Shown: piece after piece, positions 1 through 8,246 of the stretch | Numbering within the stretch: the first letter of the stretch is position 1 | Layout: each line of letters begins with the position of its first letter | From: Escherichia coli | GTDB taxonomy: Bacteria > Pseudomonadota > Gammaproteobacteria > Enterobacterales > Enterobacteriaceae | Length of the DNA: 64,000 bases | Assembly (NCBI RefSeq): GCF_003018235.1 | Contig: NZ_CP027437.1 | Strand: one strand, 5' to 3' | Made by a program: the position numbers and the translations under genes | The notes under the pieces: generated by a model | Told to the model about the DNA's origin: nothing | Database searches by the model: none | Seen by the model: the letters and a program-made list of their open reading frames with translations, nothing else

Positions 1-158
1 ATTTGTTCTACAATACCATATGACGCCCGATATTACGCCATACATAGAATATGACTACCTTGACCGTCAGGGTGTTTACAACGGCAGAGATAATTTATCG
101 GAAAACAGTTATCGCATTGGTGTGTCATTTAAACTGTAGTAGACAGGAGACAGTCACA

Positions 159-1265
159 ATGAATAAAACAATAACGGCGCTTGCTATCATAATGGCTTCA
201 TTTGCCGCAAACGCGTCTGTATTACCGGAAACTCCTGTGCCATTTAAAAGTGGTACCGGAGCAATTGATAACGACACTGTCTACATTGGTTTAGGTAGCG
301 CAGGTACAGCATGGTACAAGCTGGATACACAGGCCAAAGATAAAAAATGGACAGCGTTAGCTGCATTCCCTGGTGGGCCGAGAGATCAAGCAACCTCTGC
401 ATTTATTGATGGTAATCTGTATGTGTTTGGCGGCATTGGCAAAAACAGCGAGGGCTTGACTCAGGTATTTAATGACGTACACAAATACAACCCCAAAACC
501 AATAGCTGGGTTAAATTGATGTCGCACGCGCCGATGGGCATGGCGGGCCATGTGACTTTTGTACACAACGGCAAGGCTTATGTTACTGGCGGTGTTAACC
601 AGAATATCTTCAATGGCTATTTTGAAGATCTCAACGAGGCTGGAAAAGATTCAACCGCTATAGATAAAATCAACGCCCACTATTTTGACAAAAAAGCAGA
701 AGATTATTTCTTCAATAAGTTTCTGTTGTCTTTTGATCCCTCAACACAGCAATGGAGTTACGCTGGCGAATCTCCCTGGTACGGAACGGCTGGTGCGGCG
801 GTTGTGAATAAAGGTGATAAAACCTGGCTTATTAATGGCGAAGCCAAACCAGGATTGCGAACGGATGCCGTATTTGAACTTGATTTCACCGGTAATAATT
901 TAAAATGGAATAAGCTTGCTCCCGTCTCATCACCAGATGGCGTCGCTGGCGGTTTTGCAGGCATGAGCAATGACTCACTGATATTTGCCGGAGGGGCCGG
1001 ATTCAAAGGGTCACGGGAAAATTACCAAAACGGTAAGAACTATGCGCATGAAGGCCTGAAAAAATCATATAGCACTGATATTCATCTTTGGCATAACGGG
1101 AAATGGGATAAATCTGGTGAATTATCGCAAGGTCGGGCCTACGGAGTATCATTGCCCTGGAATAATAGTTTATTAATTATTGGCGGTGAAACTGCAGGCG
1201 GCAAAGCGGTGACGGATTCAGTTTTAATTTCTGTGAAGGATAATAAAGTCACAGTACAAAACTAA
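159..1265 (+). CDS. nanM: N-acetylneuraminate mutarotase NanM (YjhT), periplasmic Kelch-repeat protein
   Basis: 368-aa reading frame from ATG 159, with AGGAGA at 145-150. Signal peptide MNKTITALAIIMASFAANA. Full-length match by eye to E. coli NanM, and nanS follows as in the nanCMS operon. Confidence 0.93.
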   Translation: MNKTITALAIIMASFAANASVLPETPVPFKSGTGAIDNDTVYIGLGSAGTAWYKLDTQAKDKKWTALAAFPGGPRDQATSAFIDGNLYVFGGIGKNSEGLTQVFNDVHKYNPKTNSWVKLMSHAPMGMAGHVTFVHNGKAYVTGGVNQNIFNGYFEDLNEAGKDSTAIDKINAHYFDKKAEDYFFNKFLLSFDPSTQQWSYAGESPWYGTAGAAVVNKGDKTWLINGEAKPGLRTDAVFELDFTGNNLKWNKLAPVSSPDGVAGGFAGMSNDSLIFAGGAGFKGSRENYQNGKNYAHEGLKKSYSTDIHLWHNGKWDKSGELSQGRAYGVSLPWNNSLLIIGGETAGGKAVTDSVLISVKDNKVTVQN

Positions 1266-1329
1266 CGCTTCAGGGTCCCAGTAAAGGGGCCCTGCTATCA
1301 ATTTGTCATTTGTATTACGCGAAAATTAT

Positions 1330-2310
1330 ATGAACGCAATAATATCGCCCGATTATTACTATGTTCTTACCGTTGCTGGTCAGTCTAATGCCATGGCGTA
1401 TGGCGAAGGACTGCCATTACCGGACAGGGAAGATGCGCCTCATCCCAGAATTAAACAATTAGCGAGATTTGCGCATACGCATCCCGGAGGCCCGTCATGT
1501 CACTTTAACGACATTATTCCACTGACTCACTGCCCACACGATGTTCAGGATATGCAGGGTTATCACCATCCTCTGGCAACGAATCATCAAACACAGTACG
1601 GCACCGTTGGCCAGGCACTGCATATTGCACGGAAATTACTGCCCTTTATTCCTGATAACGCAGGGGTTCTCATCGTTCCGTGTTGCCGTGGCGGATCGGC
1701 TTTTACCGCGGGCAGCGAAGGGAAATATTCAGAACGGCACGGAGCCAGCCATGATGCTTGTCGTTGGGGAACGGATACTCCGCTATACCAGGATTTAGTC
1801 AGCAGAACGCGAGCCGCACTGGCAAAAAATCCGCAGAACAAATTCCTCGGCGTATGCTGGATGCAAGGCGAATTTGACTTAATGACCAGTGACTACGCGT
1901 CACACCCTCAACACTTTAATCATATGGTTGAAGCCTTTCGTAGGGAGCTAAAACAATACCATTCTCAGCTTAATAATATTACTGACGCACCGTGGTTTTG
2001 CGGCGATACCACCTGGTACTGGAAAGAAAATTTCCCTCATGCGTATGAAGCTATTTATGGCAATTATCAAAATAATGTTTTAGCCAATATTATTTTCGTC
2101 GACTTCCAGCAACAAGGTGCAAGAGGACTGACGAACGCGCCTGATGAAGATCCAGACGATTTAAGCACGGGATATTACGGTTCAGCGTACCGGTCACCGG
2201 AGAACTGGACGACGGCACTGCGAAGCAGTCATTTCAGCGCGGCAGCCCGTCGGGGGATTATTTCTGACAGGTTTGTAGAAGCAATTTTGCAGTTTTGGCG
2301 CGAAAGGTGA
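1330..2310 (+). CDS. nanS: 9-O-acetyl-N-acetylneuraminate esterase NanS (YjhS)
   Basis: 326 aa from ATG 1330 (MNAIISPDYYYVLTVAGQSNAMAYGEG...). SGNH-like GQSN motif. Position directly after nanM. Confidence 0.92.
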   Translation: MNAIISPDYYYVLTVAGQSNAMAYGEGLPLPDREDAPHPRIKQLARFAHTHPGGPSCHFNDIIPLTHCPHDVQDMQGYHHPLATNHQTQYGTVGQALHIARKLLPFIPDNAGVLIVPCCRGGSAFTAGSEGKYSERHGASHDACRWGTDTPLYQDLVSRTRAALAKNPQNKFLGVCWMQGEFDLMTSDYASHPQHFNHMVEAFRRELKQYHSQLNNITDAPWFCGDTTWYWKENFPHAYEAIYGNYQNNVLANIIFVDFQQQGARGLTNAPDEDPDDLSTGYYGSAYRSPENWTTALRSSHFSAAARRGIISDRFVEAILQFWRER

Positions 2311-2317
2311 GCGTTCA

Positions 2318-2518
2318 TTAATTTGATTTATTTGCATCCATTAGCGCTTTTAACTGCTCCGGCGTAAACGGTGGTTTGCGTCGGTGCAACATCGCATGGC
2401 AATTAGGGCACACAGGAAGCAAATCATTAACTGGATCCAGCTGGTAATCCTCTTTAATGGCTGAAAGCGGCACCAGGTGATGCACATTAAGCAATTTCAG
2501 AACCGCATGCTCATACAT
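2318..2518 (-). pseudogene. HNH endonuclease remnant (C-terminal HNH half only)
   Basis: 66-aa ORF with HHLVPLS...NDLLPVCPNCHAMLH, which is the second half of an HNH motif. The usual upstream Cys pair and N-terminal domain are absent and no ORF continues upstream. Its stop lies 7 nt from the nanS stop, in convergent orientation. Confidence 0.5.
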
Positions 2519-2655
2519 ATTTCCCCCTAAGTTTGCTCACTGCCTTTAATTTATGTCACAGGCAATGTAATTCACCTGAAGCTCATCTTGAATCTGTCCT
2601 TCTACTTAGTCATTACCCTACTGGCACAACCGACCTCAAGATGAGCTTCTTACTT

Positions 2656-3264
2656 TTAACGATGTATCAGAACAATCTTGCGCCGGGAGAATAGCGTTTC
2701 CGCAGACAGCTGGAATTTATATTCCGCGGCCTTCAGCTTTCGCGATTTAAGCATTTTCATCGTGATACCCCTTATTTTCCCTGACTCAACCTGTCTCTTG
2801 ATTTCGCCGGTGCTCAGCATGAGCTGCTTTTGCAAAATCGACAGCAGGCTGACCTGAAACGAACGGGAAATCCTGACGCTAACCTTGACCCATTTGCCGG
2901 GAGAAAGGCTGGCTAACCACTGCTCCTGAATGCGAAAATCAGGCCGACCCGATAGCTCTGCGTTGTTCCGCTTCAGCATCGCGATATCACAGGAAAAATG
3001 TTGAACCGTGGCTGCATCGTTGCTCATCAGCCGGTTATGAAGTTCGCGGTCAATTTTGCTGACGTGCAGGCGCGAAAATAGGGAGATATTCCAGGTGTAA
3101 TCACAGTGTGTGCATTTATAGATACTCCACACGTCCAGCACCTTCTTTTGCGAATTAATCCGAAATGCACCTGATGGCGTGAAGTCCCGTTTAATGTTGC
3201 ATGAAGGGCATCGCTTCGCAATGCGCTGATACCCCACGGGCGTGACGGTCCATGTAACTTTCAT
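2656..3264 (-). CDS. Zinc-ribbon protein, DUF1062-like (hypothetical)
   Basis: 202-aa ORF with CPSC...(31 aa)...CTHC near the N-terminus. The overall pattern resembles the DUF1062 family from memory. Not verified by search. Confidence 0.5.
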   Translation of the reverse strand: MKVTWTVTPVGYQRIAKRCPSCNIKRDFTPSGAFRINSQKKVLDVWSIYKCTHCDYTWNISLFSRLHVSKIDRELHNRLMSNDAATVQHFSCDIAMLKRNNAELSGRPDFRIQEQWLASLSPGKWVKVSVRISRSFQVSLLSILQKQLMLSTGEIKRQVESGKIRGITMKMLKSRKLKAAEYKFQLSAETLFSRRKIVLIHR

Positions 3265-3559
3265 AACCTACCTTTTTTAACCCATACAAAACCGGATCCG
3301 TACTGAACGGACCATGGATGTTTATGTATGAAAAATATTTAAGAGATATTTTTCAGAGGGTTAAAAAAAGATTTCCAACTATGCAATCCTGTCGGTGAGC
3401 AAAGAGATATAGCGAGACTATCAAAACGGCAATTATTGGGTATATGAGTTCAATCAATATTCATGATGGTTATGGCTTGTTCTATTGATCTGACACATTA
3501 AACACGGCGCATTAATTTTGTATGTTTTATGAACAACCCAACAACAAAAGGAGCGCGAT

Positions 3560-3811
3560 ATGACACAGCACGAACGGTTTTGTCAGGCCTGCGGAATGCC
3601 GATGTCCGCACCTGATGCGCAGGGGAGTAGCGATAAATACTGTGCATACTGCAGCGATAGCAACGGCAATCTTAAACCCTGGGAAGAGGCGGTATCAGGC
3701 TTGGCCAGCTTCCTTGATTCCTGGCAAAAAGTCGGTCCAGAAGAAGCACAGAAGCGTGCAAAACGTTATCTGACGGCAATGCCTGCCTGGGCTCATAAAG
3801 CGGACGAGTGA
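3560..3811 (+). CDS. Small zinc-ribbon domain protein (hypothetical)
   Basis: 83-aa ORF with AAGGAG at 3548-3553 upstream of the ATG. Motif CQACGMP...CAYCSD gives four Cys in a zinc-ribbon arrangement. Confidence 0.6.
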   Translation: MTQHERFCQACGMPMSAPDAQGSSDKYCAYCSDSNGNLKPWEEAVSGLASFLDSWQKVGPEEAQKRAKRYLTAMPAWAHKADE

Positions 3812-3875
3812 ATAACAAAGTCAGGGTGATTTAGGCAGTCTATCTTCACTCCGCTGATTCCATTAAGGAGAGCCG

Positions 3876-4267
3876 ATGTTTTCTCACATTATGCTTGGAA
3901 CCAACAACCTGCCACGCGCCATTGCATTCTACGATCCGTTGATGGATATGCTGGGGTATCCCCGCGGCGGCAGGAAGAGGAGATCGCATGGTGGGGCGTT
4001 TTCAACGGTAATAACACTACGGCACTGGGTATCAGTAGGCCATTTGATAAACAGGTTGCCACGACCCGAAATGGAGTGATGGTCGCCCTGATTGCGCGTT
4101 CTGCCGAACACATCCAGCAAGTTTCATGTGCTAGCTTTAAATCACGGTGGCACTGACGAGGGAGCACCTGGCCAGCGTCCGCATTACGGCGAAGGGTTCT
4201 ACAGCGCTTACGTCAGAGACACCGATGGCAACAAGCTGGCTTACGTTTATTACACCGCACAATCCTG
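3876..4267 (+). pseudogene. VOC/glyoxalase-family protein gene disrupted by two frameshifts
   Basis: Start MFSHIMLGTNNLPRAIAFYDPLMDMLGYP is in frame 1. The middle (EEIAWWGVFNGNNTTALGISRPFDKQVATTRNGVMVALIARSAEHIQQV) is in another frame. The end (HVLALNHGGTDEGAPGQRPHYGEGFYSAYVRDTDGNKLAYVYYTAQS*) is in a third frame. Shifts lie near 3960-3972 and near 4121 (extra T in caagttTcat). Confidence 0.8.
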
Positions 4268-4512
4268 AGAACGATAAAGCGGGGGCCTCAGCGCCCCCAC
4301 CTGAAACTAAACCGATCCCGCAGATGTCAATGAGCGTTGAACGAGTTGATAAATGCCGAGATGTCTGACTGTTTTTACGCCAGAACTCCATGGTGTGACA
4401 ACCATACACATACTCCCTTCTTGACACCTTTAAACCATTTAACCGCATGCCTCTGTCTGCCCTGCAGGGACGGCTGATGCCTGTGTGTTGTCTGGCGGTA
4501 AGGAACAATACT

Positions 4513-4674
4513 ATGTACGCAAAATCCTTTATCGCTCTCGACGGGAATGGTCGTCTGACCGGTGCCCGTACTGCGCAGACCGCCCCTTACGATCGTTATA
4601 CCTGCCACCTCTGCGGTAGCGTGCTGCAATACCATCCTGAATACATCACCGAACGCCCGTGCTTTGAACAGTAA
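4513..4674 (+). pseudogene. Short zinc-ribbon ORF, probably the N-terminal remnant of a longer gene
   Basis: 53 aa from ATG 4513 (AAGGA upstream). YTCHLCGSVLQYHPEY...CFEQ* looks like a CxxC...(H) N-terminal module. Downstream sequence is broken across frames. Confidence 0.3.
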
Positions 4675-5266
4675 CCAACACACTGACAGAGGGCGGCGAA
4701 AATGCTTTATGCAAATCTTGATGCAAAGGCAGCCAGACGAATTCGTAAGTTACGCTTTTACGTGGCAGATACTCAAAGCAGACTGGCATTGTAGCGACGA
4801 TTGCCACGGTGAACGCTATTGTATGGCATGTAGTACCTGAGACTTCAGCCGCCCAGTAGATATAGCATCATGAAAAAACTGAAATGCTTTCTTGCCAACA
4901 ACTCACTGAGCTAGTATGCCTCCACCGATGTAACAATTAGAGCAAGCGTCAAAGTGCGAAACTGCCCTCACGTAGCTGCAAGTTAACACCAGGAAATCCT
5001 GGTTCAAACACGACCAGCTCTATGTTAGCGGCAAGCAATCGTTGAACTAAACGCATATGCAGCCGGAGATGAAAGTTAGGAAAAAAGCAGAGGCTGATAA
5101 GAATTATGCACGTTGAGCTGGGATCGTAATACCCCACTTAAAATGTACAAGGGGAGTAGTCTAATGATGTTAAATACGAACCTTCAGTATTGTTCATTCA
5201 CCAATTTTCCCATATTCTCTCATCATTAATATTCTCTGCCGAATTTTATAGGGCTAACTCGCTGAA

Positions 5267-5473
5267 ATGAATGACAAAGCTTTAACCTTGAAAGATGTGG
5301 TGGCTTACTTAAAGTTGGCAGAAAAAACAGCGTATAGGTTGACTAGCGAAGGCAAATTGCCGGGATTTAAGGTTGAAGGCTCATGACGCTTCAAACGAGA
5401 GGATTTAGATATGTGGATTGAAGGTCAGAAGACTCAAAGCTACCCGAGTATCACAAAATCCAATCGTGGTTGA
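5267..5473 (+). pseudogene. Excisionase/MerR-type helix-turn-helix (HTH_17-like) gene with an in-frame TGA
   Basis: MNDKALTLKDVVAYLKLAEKTAYRLTSEGKLPGFKVEGS*RFKREDLDMWIEGQ.... The stop at 5384-5386 occupies the position of the conserved Trp (G-x-WRF motif), which fits a TGG->TGA change. Confidence 0.7.
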
Positions 5474-5666
5474 TCAAGTGGATAAACATGAAAAGTCGGT
5501 AGCCCTCAAAGGCCACTTGCCACATGCAGTGAAGCAAGCCGTTGTGCAAGCTCTACTGAAAGAAGGTGATATCGCCCGAACGTTGCTCAAGGATCCACAA
5601 GTTATGGCAAGTTATGTTGAGCTGATTTTCGACATGATGAAGCAGAATAAAAATATGAATATCTAA
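5418..5666 (+). CDS. Hypothetical 82-aa ORF (non-ATG start), overlapping the tail of the HTH pseudogene
   Basis: ORF track only. TTG start, no recognisable motif. Could be the frameshifted C-terminus of the upstream HTH gene. Confidence 0.2.
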   Translation: MKVRRLKATRVSQNPIVVDQVDKHEKSVALKGHLPHAVKQAVVQALLKEGDIARTLLKDPQVMASYVELIFDMMKQNKNMNI

Positions 5667-5708
5667 AAGATTTTGGGCTATCTATTACGTTTTAAAATGA
5701 GATAAATA

Positions 5709-8246
5709 ATGATAAATGACCATGAAGAACTAGAACTTGCTAAAGCTCAGGCAAAAGAAATATGGAAGATCCTTGATTATGTTCGAGGAGCATCACCTAT
5801 ATCTAATTATCGCTCATTAGCGTATTCAATCTTCTTCGTACGCTATCTTCAATCCAATACAGGTCAGCATTTTGAGGCAGAAAGGTTCGACTCTTTTAAT
5901 GTCATCGCCCAGTATTCCTACGATCTTGTAAACTATGCCGTTCAACTTGGATTGATTCATAGCGACGTATCTAAATTCTTAATTTATTATTTAGAAAACA
6001 CACTCCGTTCATTTGTCAATATTGATGAGTCTTTTGTTCGTTATGCAATTAGAGATGGTCTACTCAATAAAACCCCTGCAATAGCGTCGCTTTCTTTATC
6101 AGAACTGGATTTACTTTTTGCCGAGAATGAAGGTAAGTCAGGAGGTGAGTTTTATACCCCTAGAGACGTCAACTTATTGGTTAAAATATTAGGATTGAGT
6201 TATCAACCAAAGTCAATATGTGACCCATTTGCAGGTGCTGGAAACACAGCATTTCCTTTTGCCAATACTGGTATTGAAAAAGTTAGGATTGATACTCAAG
6301 AAATTAATAGAGATGCTTACTTTAAACTAGTAATAAGTAGAGTCATCAGGAAAATAGAAGGTCGAGACTATTTCGGCGATTCCCTATCACAACCATTATA
6401 TCAAGAAAATAAATATGATCTGATAGTTTCTTTCCCACCTTTTGGCATGAAAATTCCTAAAGCCACTCGAAATAATATTTACTATAAAACAAGTAATAAG
6501 TGGCTGGATATTACTGAAATCTTGCCAGAAAGTAGAAGTGATTGGTTTATAACATTATCAATGCTTCCAGCCCTTTCTGAGGGGGGTAAGATACTAGTAG
6601 GTATGTCACTTGGGGCTTTGACAAGAGCAGGCTCTGAGGCAAAGGTTCGTGAGTATTTAGTCTCTCGCGGAATTATCGAACAAGTAATTCTTTTACCTAA
6701 AAATATTTATTACTCTACGGCTATCTCAACTGTACTTCTTGTCCTCAACTCAGGAACAAGTAACATAAATAACAGAAGTATTAAATTTGTAGATGCTTCA
6801 CTGTTTTACGAGCCTGCCCGTGGTCGAAACACCCTCACAACAAAAAATATAAATGAGATCGTAGAGGCTTGTCATAAAGATGGCCGATTTAGTATTAGTT
6901 CATCTCATACCCAAATAGCAAACAGAGACTTTAATTTAGATCCGTCTCTTTATGTACGTAAAGATCTCAAAATCAGTGAGGTTTCTTTAAAAAATTTTAG
7001 AGGATACTCTGACTTTAAAGTTTCGATACATCCTTCTTTAAATGTATTGGTTGGTGAGAACGGCGTCGGGAAAACTTCGATATTAGAAGCATTAGCATGT
7101 GGCCTTGGTCCTTTCCTTACTGCTATGCCTGATGCTAAAGGAAAACTGATAAAAAAATCAGATATCCATATAAGTTCAAAAGGAATCGCAAATTATGCTC
7201 GAATATCGATTGAAACAACATCAAGTTTAAGTTGGGATCTTGTGGCAAAGGGGGTTGATGTTTCCGAGCCCCCTAAGATAGGAACATCAGCATTAACTAG
7301 CTACGCTACTCATCTTGTAGATAGTCAGTCTGAATATCCACTCATTGCTTATTATGGGACTAACCGTGCTCTTACTTCTACCAGTTCTAAAGTTGCAATA
7401 AATCCATTCGAGAAAGAAAATCGTGGGGAAGGTTATGACTTTGCTTTAGATGCTAAAGTTAACTACGGCATCTTAAAGAACTGGTTTTCAAAAATAGAGG
7501 TTGATGAGCTTCGAAAACGTGATGAACTAAAAGACCATAAATTCATTCATCCGGCTAAGAGACTTGTTTCAGAGGCTGTTTACCAGATTGTTGATCGAGC
7601 TACATGCTTGGAGTTCGACAAAAATAGTAACGATGTTATGGTTCATTGGAAAAATGAGCAGGGAGAGTGCGTAAAGCTTACATTGGAACAACTAAGTGAA
7701 GGGTATAGAAATATGGTATCCCTGACCATTGACCTAGTGAGGCGTGCTTATTTACTTAATCCTACCAAACCGAAACCGCTAACAGTTAATGGGATCGTTT
7801 TAATTGATGAAATTGAACTTCACTTGCACCCTAGATGGCAGCAAAAGATTTTAAATGATCTTACTAAGCTGTTTAAGAATATTCAGTTTATTGTCACGAC
7901 ACATAGTCCTCAAGTCTTAACAACAATCAAAGCCGATTGTATCCGTATTGTTTCCGTCAATGCTAACGAAGCAAAATTAGTGACAGGAACTACTACTTAC
8001 GGTTCTGAAAGCTCAAGAATGTTGGAAGATGTTTTAGGTGGTAACAATCGCGCCCAACATCTTGATATTGTTAAAAAACTAAACCGTTATACAGAGTTAG
8101 TAGAGGCCGACAAATGGGATACCGATGAGGCATTAGAACTCAAAAAAGAGTTATATAAATGGGGTGGTCAGACAGAAGACGAGCTTCAAAAATTAGAAAC
8201 TGATATTCGAATTCGCGAGTTCGAGCGTGGCAATGAAAAAGATTAA
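5709..8246 (+). CDS. Fusion protein: HsdM-like N6-adenine DNA methyltransferase domain + PtuA-type (AAA_15/21, ABC/OLD-like) ATPase
   Basis: 845 aa. The N-terminal ~415 aa carry an HsdM_N-like start (IWKILDYVRG...YRSLAYSIFFVRYL), GGEFYTPRDV (6141-6170), motif I DPFAGAGN (6222-6245), the motif IV position SFPPFG (6429-6446) and ILLPKNIYYSTAISTVLLVLN. The C-terminal ~425 aa carry LKNFRGY, Walker A GENGVGKT (7053-7076), LSEGYRNM, Walker B IVLIDEIELHLHP (7794-7832) and IVTTHSP. Confidence 0.8.
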   Translation: MINDHEELELAKAQAKEIWKILDYVRGASPISNYRSLAYSIFFVRYLQSNTGQHFEAERFDSFNVIAQYSYDLVNYAVQLGLIHSDVSKFLIYYLENTLRSFVNIDESFVRYAIRDGLLNKTPAIASLSLSELDLLFAENEGKSGGEFYTPRDVNLLVKILGLSYQPKSICDPFAGAGNTAFPFANTGIEKVRIDTQEINRDAYFKLVISRVIRKIEGRDYFGDSLSQPLYQENKYDLIVSFPPFGMKIPKATRNNIYYKTSNKWLDITEILPESRSDWFITLSMLPALSEGGKILVGMSLGALTRAGSEAKVREYLVSRGIIEQVILLPKNIYYSTAISTVLLVLNSGTSNINNRSIKFVDASLFYEPARGRNTLTTKNINEIVEACHKDGRFSISSSHTQIANRDFNLDPSLYVRKDLKISEVSLKNFRGYSDFKVSIHPSLNVLVGENGVGKTSILEALACGLGPFLTAMPDAKGKLIKKSDIHISSKGIANYARISIETTSSLSWDLVAKGVDVSEPPKIGTSALTSYATHLVDSQSEYPLIAYYGTNRALTSTSSKVAINPFEKENRGEGYDFALDAKVNYGILKNWFSKIEVDELRKRDELKDHKFIHPAKRLVSEAVYQIVDRATCLEFDKNSNDVMVHWKNEQGECVKLTLEQLSEGYRNMVSLTIDLVRRAYLLNPTKPKPLTVNGIVLIDEIELHLHPRWQQKILNDLTKLFKNIQFIVTTHSPQVLTTIKADCIRIVSVNANEAKLVTGTTTYGSESSRMLEDVLGGNNRAQHLDIVKKLNRYTELVEADKWDTDEALELKKELYKWGGQTEDELQKLETDIRIREFERGNEKD

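Noticed and set aside
4137-4683. Minus-strand ORFs of 123 aa and 102 aa in the decay zone
   Set aside because: They overlap the VOC pseudogene and the zinc-ribbon remnant on the other strand. They have no RBS or recognisable motifs and are most likely chance ORFs.
4840-5266. Search for a retron (msr/msd inverted repeats or a reverse transcriptase) upstream of the PtuA/PtuB-like pair
   Set aside because: PtuAB can be retron-associated. However, no RT-like ORF exists anywhere in the island, and the non-coding stretch shows only a small 6-bp hairpin (accagg-aaat-cctggt at about 4988-5003). There is no evidence for a retron.
2311-5300. Direct repeat of the leuX 3' end (attR/attL partner) marking the distal island border
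   Set aside because: I scanned the intergenic stretches by eye for TGGTGCCGAAGG or GGACTCGAA-type sequence and found none. A degenerate or short copy could easily be missed without an alignment, so the distal boundary is left open.
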